Shown: positions 9,310-23,169 of the stretch, piece after piece
Numbering within the stretch: position 1 is the first letter of the stretch
How the letters are laid out: each line of letters opens with the position of its first letter
NCBI RefSeq assembly: GCF_000143415.4
Contig: NW_003314267.1
Coordinates: forward strand, 1,562,100-1,626,099
Direction: 5' to 3'
Source of the DNA: Selaginella moellendorffii
Taxonomy: Eukaryota > Plantae > Lycopodiophyta
Length of the DNA stretch: 64,000 nucleotides
Made by a program: the position numbers and the translations under genes
Notes under the pieces: generated by a model
What the model was told of the DNA's origin: nothing
The model's input: the letters and a program-made list of their open reading frames with translations, nothing else
Databases searched by the model: none

Positions 9310-12300
9310 ATGGCGCCATGTTTCGTGATCCCACAGAGCGGCGGCCTTGAGGAGCTCGAGAAAGATTGCGGTGAGGAAGATTTTCTCGTCGTCCAGCGCG
9401 ATTTCTCGACGGCCGATGGCGAGGAGCTCGCCAAAGGTGAGATTTTGGTGTGTCCATCGCTAGGGTATCTTGATCACGGTTGTCTCGTAGAGGTCGCGTT
9501 CCAGCTCGGTGACAATGAGGTCACCTGCATTGAGGAGCAAGCGATTTTCGATCAGCTGTTTGCCATTGTCAAGTAAGATCTTTCCGGAAAGAATGCGCCT
9601 TGATCCGGGCTCGATTTGCAGGAATTTCCCCTCTTTGCAGCCCTCAACAAAGAGACTGATTATCGAAAGCCTTTGCTCGAATTTTACACTCCTTATCGCA
9701 AGCATCGCGTCGTTGAAGCGTGAAGATGCGGAGAGTGATCCAGCACTTTTGTGTCAGCAAATCCACTCCCAGCAAAACGCTCTCAAATTATACTCGTTTT
9801 TTCTTCAACAAATCTATACTCTCGAGGAGGCGCCTTGCTCAGACTCGCAGAAGACTAAAGCATCGACTAAGGTAGAACATTTCTTTCTTTTATCCCTGGT
9901 TCTATCCTTTTTGCCTTTTATGTGTTCTAGAGCAAGCAGCCTCGTAAGAAAAATCCAACTTTGTCTTGGAAGTGGGAAGACTTTCGAGCTCGGATAGTAT
10001 CATCAGTCACGCGTGTTTTGGAGGCGGACTTACAACTTCTCTATGGCATGGCACGGCCTGAGAATGGGCTTCTTAACTTCCTTGCAAAGTAAGCCTTATT
10101 TCTACAGCTTTCTACGCACTTGGTTGATGTTTGCTTCTCAGGTTCGGGCTGAAGCTACTCGAAAATCCAACCGTCATGAAGGACAAAGAAGCAAAAGACG
10201 AAGTTTGCAAGTTTCTAGCAACGTGTGCTGTCAAGTATGATTACCACGAGCAACTCTTGCCTTCCTTGATCGACTTGCTACACAAATGCGAACATGTCCC
10301 GATCCCGTTAGCAGATCTGGTGACTGTCTCGGATAAATCATATGGCGACAACACTCTGGCAGTGGGGATTCTGAGGGAAATCGGCATGACAGGCCAAGCA
10401 GAGTATAACCGGTTACCTACAGTAGCAGACAATGTGAAGCTTTTCCTCGTGGAGCTGGCGGACAGGTTACCCAAAGTGTTGGCCGCCAACCTCAGCGTTC
10501 TTATGCCGCACTTTGGAGGGGAGTCGTACAAAATAAGGAACGCTCTTGTTACGGTGCTGGGAAGGCTTGTGGTGAAGGCTTTCGGAGACAATGACAGCAA
10601 CTTAAGCGAAGATATCAGGCTCCGGAACAAACAGGCCATGCTCGACGTTCTAATAGAACGAACCCGTGACACGAATGCTTTTACGCGGGCTTGTGTGCTG
10701 CAGACATGGGGTTACCTGTGCGAGCAGAATTCCCTGTCAATCAGCCTCTGGAATCAGGTTGTGGACATTGCCGCTGGTCGTCTACATGATAAAGCAGTTC
10801 TTGTGAGGAAAAACGCTCTTCAACTCCTCACAACTTTACTGGAGTACAATCCGTTTGGACCTATGCTCAAGACTGGCCGTTTTGAAGCGACTCTCGAGAT
10901 CTACAAGCTACAGTTGGAGAAAATGACTCAAGGAAGTGGAACTTCCGGGGAAACGGAAACGGAAACTGCAAGGTTTAAGCCACAAGAGGAGGCTGCCAAC
11001 GATAACGAGACGCAAGACACCGCTACATTTGAGTCTCAAGGTCCCCCTGAGACGCAAAAGCGCTGCGATATTGGAAGTCTTGAGCAAACCAGAGCTCTCG
11101 TGGCCTCGCTGGAGTCTGCGTTGCATTTTTCTAGAACGATGGCGTCAACTATACCAGTTATATCTCAACTCTTCTCGTCTTCCGCGATTTTTGACGTTCA
11201 GCAAAGTATTCAGTTTCTTACAAAGTGCCATAAGTTCAGCATTGATGGAGCGGAAGAATGTATGCGGAAGATGCTGCCTCTGGTAAGAAGCTTACTTGTA
11301 GTAGTACCTCAACTGAATTGCTATTGCTACTTTGGTCAGGTTTTCTCTCAGGAAAGGAGCATATATGAAGCTGTGGAGGGTGCCTTTGTCGTGACGTATA
11401 TAAAGAAAAGTCCGCAAGAGACTGCCTCTAATCTCCTCCAGCTAGTTCTTGAAGCCCCAGTCGGGCATCTGACGTCCATCGAGGCTCTTTTGATTAGTCT
11501 CGTGAAAAAGAGGGAAATTCCTGCTGGCACGGTATTTTTCTGTTCAAGTTCCTCTTCGTTTGTTTTTACTTTGTTTCGTACACAGGAGCCAGCGTTATGG
11601 GATATTTTTACGTTCAACTCTGTTGGTGTAACACCGGAGCAATGCCGATGTGCTTTGTCCTTGTTCTGTATGATAGCGAAAGCATCTCCAAAGGTGTTTA
11701 GCTCTCGTATACAGAACGTGGTGGACATTGGTTTTGGACGATGGGCCAAGCAAGAAAGTTTACTGGCACGATTCGCCTGTCTCGCCCTTCAACGCCTCTC
11801 GATCGAGGACAAGCAGCAGCTTCAACCTGGCCACAAAGTTTTCAGCATACTTGCCAGCTTAATCTCCGATCAACTTCTACCCGATGAGATCTGGTACTCG
11901 GCAGCAGAACAGGCTATAAGCGCGATATATGCCATTCATCCCGTTCCAGAGGCGTTTATGTCAGCTCTAATGCTGAAGTTCTTAGATGCTGCTCTTCAAA
12001 AAACCGATGAAGGACTGGACTCGAGCTTATTAAGCAGGTTTCTGTTTGCCACGGGGCACGTCGCGCTAAAGCATCTGGTTTACATCGAGTCATGCGTCAG
12101 AGGCATACGAAAACAAAAATGTGACAAAGAAAGAGAAGCAGCAGCTGTTGATGCTAATGCGGCAGAAGATGGAGTTTCATCTTCCAAGGTATCTTTCCTT
12201 CTCTTTTTCTTGATCTAACTGACCACCTTTTCTAGGACGAAGGCATTAATGCAGAACTGGGAGTCGCTGCTGCAGAAGACGTCAAGCTTGATTATCTTCT

Positions 12301-14381
12301 GGAAAAGGCGGAACGTGAAATCGTCTCTGGCTCAGAAACTAGAAAGCTCCTTATTGGTAGCATTTCTCCTCTGGTTTCCAAGCTTTGTAAGAACTCCACT
12401 GTTTTGCAAAAGGTACGATATTTTTTGTTTCTTTCTTTCTGATACGCTATTTCCTTCCACAGTTTCCTCAGCTCCGGTCATCAGTAGTTCTATGTCTGTG
12501 TAAACTTATGGCAGTAGATTCCAACTACTGGTAAGCATTCGTTCGATTCTTTCCATTTATCATAAAGGAGAAGAACGTTCCAGTGACGCAAACCTGCAAT
12601 TGTTATTTACTCTTGCTCAAAATTCCCCCGAGGATGCGATTCGCTCGAACTGTATTATTTCTCTTGGAGATATTGCATTTCGGTTTCCAAACTTACTGGA
12701 ACCATGGACGGAAAATATATACGCCCGGCTGCACGACAGATCCGACTACGTGCGCAAGAATGCTGTGCTTGTCATCTCTCACCTGGTTCTAAATGATATG
12801 ATGAAGGTTTGTTCGTGGTAGAGGCAGCTGTTCGGTATTTACATCGATCGTCACTTACAGGTTAAGGGACATATTAGCGAAATGGCTATCAGAACTCAGG
12901 ATGAGAACAGTCGAATTTCAGAGCTTGCAAAACTTTTCTTCAGCGAGCTATCAAAACGAGGTAGCTCTTGTCTGAACAGTATAGCAGCTACTAATTCATG
13001 TTGCAGGGACAAGTCCAATTTACAATTTTCTCCCGGATATCCTTAGCCGTTTGTCATGCTCTACTAACATCAGTGGAGATACCTTTCGTAATATCATGCA
13101 GTTCCTCTTAGACTTCATAAAGAAGGTAACAAATCAAATTCCACCACCAGTGTCATAATCTCAATTTGCGTTAACTTTGTCAGGATCGGCAAATTGAAGG
13201 CTTAATTGAGAAGCTGTGCAACAGATTCGTTGGAACATCTGGTAAGCTTGAAATCGTAACTGCACTTTACGTGATAAAGCTCTGTTTTAGATCGAGCACA
13301 GTGGCAAGCGATTGCTTACTGCCTTTCTCAGCTGACTTTTACTGACAAGGCAATGAAAAGGTTGATCGACTTGTTTAAACAGTTTGCCAATGCTTTGGTC
13401 GACGAGCAGGTCCTGGATTCTTTCAAAACCATATGCAGCAAGGTAGGAACAACGAGTTACGAGTCAAGTTCTAATATTTTCGTTCATGATTTTGATATGT
13501 AGGCTAAGAAGCTGGCTAAGCAGGATTATCGACAGCTCCTGGAAGAGTTTGAGCTCAAGATAACTGCATGCCACGAACAAAAGAGAGAAGAGGAGGTTGC
13601 AGCGATGGAAGCCCAGCACGTCGCAGACAACGGCATACGGTGTGAGTCGAATGGAGCTTTCAAAAACGATGAAGAGCAGGCATCTAGCACTGTGAGCTCA
13701 AACGGAAGCACGTCGGGAGAAGACGAGGAAGTTTGCCCGAGGACTCCTGTTGCCTCAAGCGTCAAGGTACTCTTTCTCTTCGAAAATCCTGGAACTTCGC
13801 CTTGCAATTGTTGCTCAGCCTGGGAGCGTGGATGGAGACGATTACAGCAGTGGAAGCGAACACCGGTCTCATGTTTCGACTAACTCGGTAAGTTTCAGCT
13901 GACCGACATAGATTTTTTTATATGAAGTCACTTGGAAATTTTTCCACAGCGTGAAAGTTCTGGTGGTAGCATGAATGGAGACGACTCCAGCACAAAATGC
14001 AAACACCGCTCTCGTGTTTCAACGAGGTCCAAAGTCACGGTAAGCATTTAACCTCGCTTGCGTATGCTTGACATGGTGTTAAACTCCCAGGGACGAAAGG
14101 GATCGATCGATTCTAATGCCATGGTAGATTACTTCCATTTTTTCTCGATTCATAACAATCCTGACGCTGTTTTTCAGCTTGAAAACTCCGAGAGATCTCC
14201 GGTTTCGATCGATTCGTATGCAAAGGTGAGCTTTTTCGGCCTTTCTTCTCTCAATTGCAAAACAATCGACTGTTCATCTCAGCGTGAAAACTCCGAGAGC
14301 TTGGACGGAGGACACACAGACGAAGAAGAAGAAAGTACGTGTACGGATGGAGGAACGGTGAGCGATTCTGAGGAAGAGTAA
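9310..14381 (+). CDS. CAP-D2: Condensin I HEAT subunit CAP-D2 (Cnd1), multi-exon
   Basis: ESYKIRNALV, RTRDTNAFTRACVLQ, RLHDKAVLVRKNALQLL..YNPF, IRSNCIISLGDIAFRFPNLLEPWT, VRKNAVLVISHLVLNDMMKV; short GT-AG introns; acidic tail ending DSEEE*. Terminal exons less certain. Confidence 0.93.
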
Positions 14382-14653
14382 GCTCAACCGTCCATCAGCA
14401 CGGACATTATGCCAAGTGCTGTGTGTAATCAACATAGGTTTTGGTTTATTTGGATTCCCAGCGAAACCGCGCCGCCAGGTGGGGAAGAGATGCTCGGCGG
14501 GAGGATTGGGGATGATCTCATCGCCGCTGCGCTGATGCTCCATTCTCACCAGATCCTCTGAGGCTGGGCGCTGGCTGCATTCAACGCTACTCCATCTTAG
14601 GGTTTGTGCCGCGATCAGCATCGATTCCTCTGCCGACTGCATCACCTGGTCGA

Positions 14654-17048
14654 ATGGCGGAGGCAGAGATCGAAGAGCTGCTAGATTTCGATGGCTCGGA
14701 CTACGAATTTGGATCCGATGAAGGAGCCGGCGAGGAGGAGGATGTAGATTATCGTGTAGTTGGGGAGGATGCCAGTATGGGGCAGGACGATGCAGCAGAT
14801 CCGGTGGAAGGGCAGGCCGCGAGCATGGATTCTCTCGAAATATCGGGGTCTGTAGAACCGCAGAGAGAGCCGGATCGTGCTATCGAAAGAGGGGGAAGAA
14901 TGCCAGAGTCCAGGAGTACTAGGCATTCTTCAAAGACTGATCTGGAGGACGGCGAGTTCTTCGACATGGCTCCCATGGTGATCATTCTTATTCGCCTTTA
15001 TTTCATAGCTACTAGTCCTTTTGGTTTAATCTTTTTTTCTCCAGTCCAGTCTCTATCTTAGCTTCGTCGGCATTGCTTCTTGAAGAGTTTTCTAGCGGCG
15101 CCTCCTTCCCTGCATTAACATCTGCTTTTCCTTTTTTTTTACTCTCTCATTTTTCTCTTCCTTTTTTTACGTACGCTTTACATCGTTTTCTTTTCTTTTT
15201 GTTCTTTTTTCCTTTCCAACTATTCATGAAGAACTCGCTCGAATGATGCTCGAAAGGTCCTCTCTAGCATCCAGCTATATAGTGTTTTATCTTGAGAGTC
15301 GAGTTTCACAAAGTTGGAGTTTGGTTTACATTTTCAAGGTGAATAGCAAGAAGCAAGCTGAACACGGCGTGGTGAAGGATGGTAAACTTTCAAGGAAGCA
15401 ACACTCCAACGAGACCATGGTATATTTTTTTAGTTTCCTTGTTTTTGCCTGCGCAGTAGTCATAGTGTTTTATCTAGTGCTGACTGCAGCAACTAATGGG
15501 GTAGAATAGATAGAGCTAGAGCCTTCGAGCTAGAACTTATGTGTGTGGGCTTGCCAATGCGGGAAACAGCGAGCCTTATCAGATCGTGAGGCAGAGAGAA
15601 ACACGGGCTCCCGGCAAGACAGGAAACGACGACGGGATCATGACTACGAAAGGCACCTGTACAGCAGCCCCCGGAGCCGAAAGCAACCTCACGAGAGATA
15701 TACGGGAAGATATGATCGGCCCCATGGGGGGTAAGAAACTGCAGTTTTGATTTGTCCGCTGTTAACTTATCTCGTTTGGAAATAGTGACAGACGATACGA
15801 TCGCGTTGGAGACTTTCCCGATTCTAGGATCCGAGGTACTATATTTTGGTGTTTCCAGCTCGTGTTGATATTGTCCTTGCAGGACCCCCGTTTTACCGCC
15901 CCAATTATTCTCCCGGAATCATGGGTCCTGGAAGACCCGACATGAACCATGTTCGTGCATGTACTGCCGGTTTAGAAATCTTCTCGCCCGTAAGTCCAGT
16001 TTGTTTCAGTTTCATGCTGAAATGTGTCTTACTTCTTGTACTTACACCAGGCCCAGTTGCAAGAACTCTTAAACCAGGAACACATGCTACGATCTCAGCA
16101 AATGCTGCATTTGGCAAGGCTTGGTATCCGACCTCCTCCTGGCCAACCAATGTACCCTTTAATGGGTCCTAATGATTTTCGGCCTCCGTTCCAGCCTATG
16201 GGATCCGACATAACTTCTCGGATGAACTTCATGGGGGGACCTCTCGGAGTCCAAGGCCCCCGATCGTGTTTTCCTCCAACGGGACGCGGCCCAGGCATCC
16301 TCGGTGGTGCTGGTTTCCCAAGACCTCCTAGGAATGAGGCGTTGGCTCTTGGTTCCGGGAGGGTCCAACCGCGTCCGAGCACAGCCAATGCACAAGTTGA
16401 GAATGGAAAGTACCCTGCCAGAAGTGTTCCGTCAACAAAGCATGAACAAGATTCGCCTCGGAGGAACGACAGGGACCGGGAGCCAGAGTCAAGATCCAAA
16501 AGAACAGCGAGCACTTTTGACGCAAGGTTGGAACGCGACAACAGGGAGAAGTGTAGCAAAGGAAGCGATCCCGCGGGAAACTTAATCCATCTTGGCGGGC
16601 CCGTCCAGAAAAGCAGGTTCTTGTTTTCCTGCTAGCGTATCGTTTCCTGCAATCACTTAGTGTTGTTTTTACCAGGGTCTTGACAGTCGGTGGCTTGCTC
16701 GAGAACACGCCAATGTCGACTGTCGCTGACGCGTTTGAAAAACAAGGCAAGATTCTTGTAAGTTCTTTTTCGCTTCTCCATTTCCAGCACGCTGGCCTAA
16801 ACTCGGTTTCTCTGCTTTTTCTCTAGGATTTCCGAAAGAATCAAACCGGCGACGTTTTCACGATAACTTTCTCGAGTGTACAAGAGGCCGTGTCTGCCAA
16901 AAGGCACCTGCACAGGTATGATTCATCCTTTGATTGCACAGTGTGAATGTGACGACACACACCAGGTGCTAAAGTCATCTTTCATACCCATCAATGCAGG
17001 TCTATGCTCGCAGGGCGACAGATTACTGTAGAGTATGCAGTGGTGTGA
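14654..17048 (+). CDS. RNA-binding protein: acidic N-terminus, RD- and P/G-rich middle, C-terminal RRM
   Basis: MAEAEIEELLDFDGSDYEF start; spliced last exons give VLTVGGL...VADAFEKQGKIL...FTITFSSVQEAVSAKRHLHRSMLAGRQITVEYAVV* (RRM-like). Confidence 0.7.
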
Positions 17049-19305
17049 TGAAAGAGCGAAGGAATCGCGGCGGAGGAAAGAGCTCTCTCTCTCTCTCTCC
17101 CTTTCTCTCCCGGCGGATTGTGTTTATCCCAGACGGCCACTCTCTGGGAAGACAACCGGGTATGTTTCTATCAAGCAATCAATCAGCTTGTCATCAAACT
17201 CTATAGCTTTTCTTCTTGCGCAGGAAAGAAAGCTAAGATGAAGAAGAGAAAAGAAAGAGGCGGGCATGTCCGAATTTGGTCAACACGTCAACACGCTAGA
17301 CTACCACCTTTTCTTCTTTTGCTCATGAGCGAATTAGGTCAACACGTTAATATGCCACCTTTTTCTCCGTTCAAAGCTAATGATGGTCTCTCATTCAACA
17401 CGGCATTGGTCTCTGCTTTTAGTTTCTCTACGTCAAAACAAACGAATCATCAACCATAACAAACACAGTATAAACAGATCAACAGATTCATCCCACAATG
17501 CATGCATGATCAGCGAGCCTGGTAAAAAGTAACCAGGCCGGGAATATCCGGGTTGACTTTTTACCACCCCCTCCCCCTCTTCACCCCAGCCTACCCGCTC
17601 GCGCCACGTGTCCTGCGCCATGGCGGCTCCCAGTGTTCTTTCGTTGCTTTTAGGAAGGCCTGAAAATGCGACAGCGACAGCGACAGCGCGTCGATGTTGC
17701 AGGTGTCCAATTACGAAGGTATTTTCCCTCCGCTCCTCCCCTTGTGTGGAGAAAGTTACCTTGAGTAATAAATTGGCATTATTTATTTACATTTTATCCC
17801 TGTTTTTCTCTGGCTGTTAACGTGTCGTCGCAGTCGTTGTTGCGCTGTTAACATCCCACATATCCCGAGCTTGATAGCATGTCGCCTTAGGCACGTTTGA
17901 ACAGAGGCATCCAGGCCTTTTGTTCTTCCCCCCCCACACACACAGCTCTTAACCTCGATTTGATTCCACGATTCCTTTTCTTTGTCCCCGAAAGAGTTTA
18001 GCTACGTTGTAAAAGCTTAGGGGATTTCACTTGAATTCGACCACCCACTGGTACAACAATGCCGGCAGCTGGCCAGCCAAGCCAAAAGAAAGGAGAGAGC
18101 GAAAAAAGCAAAAGCCAAAAAGAAAGTGTTTTACTGATGTCAAGGCCTCAATTCAATGCCCTGATGTGAACATTCCTGGGAGACCTTTACCTACAATTCT
18201 ACAAGGTTTTAGAATATGCCACTGGTTGGAATTACGCATATTCCCCCCTCCCCCGCCACCCCCACATTTGCTGAAAAGAACGCACAGGACCACGACGAAA
18301 GCAGCGTATACAAACACTCTTCATGGTATGATCTTGACAAAAAATGACAATATGGCCCAATCCAGCTGCATACGGCCATTGTTTACCGTACCCCTCCCGC
18401 GCCCGGGCCACAAGTATGGCCGTACCGACCGTACATGATTATGGTGGGGCATCATTGTCACATTGGACTGTGAATACCGTGTACCAGCTGATGGTAAGAA
18501 ATGGGCCTATGGGTTAGCTCTGCTTTTTACCCGGTGGTAGTACTTAGAGGTAAAAATTGCCACCACATCCAGATTAGGTGGCAATGTGGCATGCATCTAC
18601 ATCATCACAGTACGGTACAAACCTGGGGACAAAGCTTTTCCATTCCTCGGCGCGTACGGACAGATTTGGCCCCTGCATCCCTGTCGCTTTCCCGGGGCAT
18701 ATTTGCATACTAGGAAGCCGTACACGCCTATATGGCGCCAAACACGTCAGCCCCAATCGATTTGGCGCGCCCCCGGCCAAAATTTTAAATGTCCTCCTCC
18801 TTGTGGTGGTGAGCTTAAATGCCTAATAACCGAATCGTTAATTAGCCAAGGGTGTGGTGAGTGGCGGAAGAAAGGCCAATTTTTTTTGTCCGGTCCCAAA
18901 AATGCTGGAATTATGTCGCCAGAGGGAATGTAGTATAAGACAGGCCAGGGGGGAGGGCCATGATTGGTTTGGGCCATGTGGAGAAATGGTCTAATACGGT
19001 AATGCACGGACAGGCCATGGCACATACATGTGGATGTATACACATGAATAGCATAGCACATGAGCGAATGAAACAGTGGAAAGAAAGAAGCTTCTTATTA
19101 GTTCTTCTTCCTTCTCTCTTCGCTACTTCTTCTTTCTCTCAATTATGATGCGCTCTAGCTGACCTAAATTTCGGGGCGCCGGGCATTCTAGAGTAGCAAT
19201 GTGCGCGATTCTCTTGATCGTCTCGAGCGGCAGTGGCGGCATCGATCGGCAGCAGCAGTAGCGCCGGGCCGGCAGCACACCGATCGATCGATCGGCGCCA
19301 GGGAA

Positions 19306-21664
19306 ATGGAGAGCGGAAGTGAGGATCACTCCGACGGGGGAGCCCCGTGCTCGGCCGCGGCGGCGGCGCTCAAGAAGGGACCGTGGACGTCGGCCGAGGA
19401 CTCGATTCTCGTCGCCTACGTCCAGAAGCACGGCGAGGGGAACTGGAACAACGTCCAGAAGCAGTCGGGGCTGTATCGATGCGGCAAGAGCTGCCGGCTG
19501 CGCTGGGCGAATCACCTCCGGCCCAATCTCAAGAAAGGCGCCTTCACGCCCGAGGAGGAGCGGCTCATCATCGAGCTCCACGCCAAGCTCGGCAACAAAT
19601 GGGCTCGCATGGCCACTCAGGTGAGCGATCTTCCACAATCCCTGGCTTCTTGATCGATCGCTTCCTCGCTCGCCAAGAAATCTTTCTTGAAATACCGATG
19701 CTCATGGCGTGTTCTTTGTCCGAGGAATTCCTGGCTCTGTGGAGTATTTCTTTCTCTTCATTACCTTGCTTGCGTTCGCTGAGATCTTCTCGGAGTGTAA
19801 ATTTCTAGCTGCGATGTTCTTGTTCTTCTTCGTGCCTTCCATCCTCGAGCTCTATCTTCTCCAGTTTTGCTTGGAAAAATAAGAGTTTTTTCTTGTCTTA
19901 ATTTTTTGTTCTTGGCTACTTCCAGTTGCCAGGACGCACTGACAACGAGATCAAGAATTACTGGAACACCCGGATCAAGCGTCGGCAGCGAGCGGGGCTC
20001 CCGGTCTATCCTCCAGACATCCAAGCTGCCATCAACAGCTCCAACTCATCGACCAACCACACTAACGCTTCCAACACCGTTCCAAGCTCGTTCTATGGAG
20101 GATTCAACCTCTTGGGAAGCAAACTCGTGGAGAATTCCGACAAGCCAAGGTCCGAATTCCATGGCCTCACCTTGCAAGCTTTGCAGCGGCAAGGAATGGG
20201 CTCGAGCCATCCTCGAGCTCTCACCGCGGCACTCATCGCGGCAGCAGCAGCATCCTCGTCAAGCTCCGCCGCCACCGAGCATTGCGAAGCACTGGGCTGG
20301 TCGAGTGCACACCCGGGATTCGAGCACCACAGCCTTCCACACCATCTCAGCGGCAGCTCGCTCTTCTTGCAACAAGATCACGAGGGGGAAGTTTATCACG
20401 TTGGCAGCAGCGCTGGACGCCAGCACCATGGCTTCTACCTCACCGGAACCTCGGCCTCCAACGCCGCCAACGAGATGGATCACGGCGGCGGAGGAGCTGC
20501 TCATGGTCACGATGGGTCTTCTTTTATCAACACCATCAATACTTCGTGCTCCAGGCCTCTTCCTCTGGTGATGCCAGTGGTGGATCACCATGACCAAGGC
20601 CTGAAGCTGGAGCTCCCTTCAAGCCAATTGTCCACGGAGTCGGCGGACTCGGCCATCACGACGCCTGGCTCTGTGATCAATAGCAGTCCAAATCGTTTCA
20701 AAGTCAGTACCTCACAGCAGCAGCAGCAGCATCATGGCTGCGAGAGCTTGAGCTTAAGTTTGCTGGAGGCATACAACAAGCTCAAGGCCGAGCAAAGCGG
20801 CGAGCCTCCGCAGCAGCAGCAGCAGCCATTTCCAACACAGGCGATGCATCACTTCTTCAACCTCCAGCAACAAATGCGTAAGTTTGTGGAGCTTTGGCTT
20901 TACTTGCTTCTATCTGAGCTAACAAATGCTTGTGGCCTCCTTCAGAGAATGCTGTGAAGCCACACGACGACGCAACTCCGCAGCACGGCTTGCCGTCCCA
21001 GCAGCACACTCATTACACTCCTGGCCACGGGGAAGCAATTTCCACTCTGATTCAAGAGTATGGCCGTGCCGATGATCACCGCGCTGCAGCCAGTGATGGT
21101 GGAGCTGCCGCTGCCGGTCTCGTAAGCGTTGATGCGGCCACCGCCAGCGCCGAGTGGTACCAACTTGGGCCGTCGCCTCCTCATCAAGCAGACATGTACA
21201 ACATGGACGAGCAGGCAGCAATTGCAGCAGTCAGCAGTCTCCAGCAGCACAACAGCTTGCAAGGCGATCATTCAAGTGGCCCCGGGAAGAGCAACGACAA
21301 CAGCAGCAGCGGCAGCTTCATGGATCCGGGAACAGGAGTCTACCATCACATCGCTCCATCGGATTTCCTGGCGAGTTTTACGGGGCAGCAGCAGCAGCCG
21401 GAGCAGCAGGAGAGTCAAGTCTCTCATCTTCACCGTCACGACGGCCACCATCAACAGCATCAGCATCAGCATCACCAGGAGGTTCATGGCTCGTTTACCG
21501 AGACCAGTCATGAAGTTCCAGCATCTTGGGAACTGAGTTCGTGCTGCTCGTGGAACAACATGCCGGGTGCCTGCCAAATCGGCGACTATGGCCAGACTCT
21601 CGGGGATTGTCGCTCGGTGAATTGTCTCCCGGAACAGATCCACGATCCGTGTGCTATCTACTGA
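19306..21664 (+). CDS. GAMYB: GAMYB-like R2R3-MYB (exons 19306-19620, 19926-20877, 20946-21664)
   Basis: [11 protein letters not shown]...GEGNWN...[49 protein letters not shown] (Box1), KLELPSSQ (Box2), WNNMPGACQ (Box3). Confidence 0.95.
20608..20628 (+). promoter_or_regulatory. miR159/miR319 target site TGGAGCTCCCTTCAAGCCAAT
   Basis: Near-complementary to miR159 (UUUGGAUUGAAGGGAGCUC..), in the canonical LELPSxQ position. Confidence 0.9.
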
Positions 21665-23169
21665 GCCCAGCCGACCTACCAACAGGAAAAAAAAAAGAAA
21701 AAAAGAAAGCAACTACAAAGAACAACAGGATTAAAAACCAGGATTCCAGCAGCAGCGGCAGCAGCAGTCATGTTTTCCGGGATCCTCGCACTTTGTTTCG
21801 AGATGATGCCTTCCTCCTCTCCAAGGTTTGTGGATCTCACTTTTGTTGGCGCAAAGTTTCTAACGCACAAACTTTTCGATTCCTCCTTCCAGGAACGTCG
21901 TCGTCGTCATCGTCGCAAAGTGTGCCAGGAATTCTCCAAAGCCTCGGGGTGAAAGGATTTACGTGACACACTGCTACTACATGTAAGTTTTTCCATAGCT
22001 TCATACACAGTGCTGGGAGGAAGCAAAAAAGATTCCATGGCGAAGATTTAGCTCGAGGGAGGCTTCGCTAAAAACTTTTCTTTTCGCGGGATCTCAGGCA
22101 AGTCTCGATCGCCATCTTTCTACTTTCTCTCATCACATAATTGACGCGAAGAACACCACCGTTTTCTCTTCTCTCTCTCTCTCTCCTCTCTTTCCTTGCG
22201 TGACAGTGTTTTGCGGTCGATCGATCGACTGACTTATAATATGTACTCGAATTCGTGAATGGAAGATTTGGTTCTTACAAAAAGCTTATATCTCATCGTT
22301 TTGATTGTTCTAGCTCTTACACACAGTGCTCGGCAAGAAACGCGTGAGCTCTTCTCCTTTTGCTAAGTGCTGTCCCTCGGATCGTAAACAAATGAGAAGA
22401 TCCAATGGCTGATCCAACCGGCCACCATGCACGCTCGACGTGCTCTTCACCTCCATCGCTACTGCGTCGCGAGAAAAACTCTAGAAAAAAACTCTTCTTT
22501 TTTCTCGCGCGCGCGCTTTAATGACCCTTGGTCGATCGTTCGGGAGCTGCTGCTGCTAGCTAGCTAGCGTTGAATCGCGTCTTTAAACTTTTAGAGTCCA
22601 TAAGTTTTGTGTTCGTTGGGGGGCAAGGGACTTTACTTTCACCATAACGGTAAAAGTTTGAAGAGTATATCTCCTGTATCAGTATCGTATCCGCTCGTAA
22701 GAAATATATAGCCATCCCAGGAAAGCTCTCGATTCTCGACGATCGGATAGCCTACTTGCATTCAACCGGCGGTTAGTCCTCGAAGAAGAAAAAGAATGAA
22801 AGAGAGAATTCCTTCCAACCACGAAGAAAGGAGAAAAGAGAGAACCTCTGGCGAAGAACTCGAGGAGCTTGATCGAATTTTCGTCTTACCTACATGCGTT
22901 GTGTGAGAGTGTATGTTCACGATAAGGTACAAAAGTCGAAAGAAAAATGGTACCTGTATAGTGCGGTGGACTTCGTCGCTGCCCGCTAAACTCGCAAGAA
23001 CTTCCAAGAACAACAAGACAAAGCTCGAGCGAGCTACTCTCTGGCTGCTTCCGCGCGGATTAATTACTATACACTGCACCGCACAAGAAAAGTTAGCAGA
23101 CAAAAGAACCAAAATCTTAATTTCTTTCTTGCCTCGATCGCAAGTCCGTGGCCAAGCAAAACTCTCGAC

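Noticed and set aside
14978-15338. Possible intronic C/D snoRNA (ATGATG at ~15243)
   Set aside because: No suitably placed CTGA D box or terminal stem.
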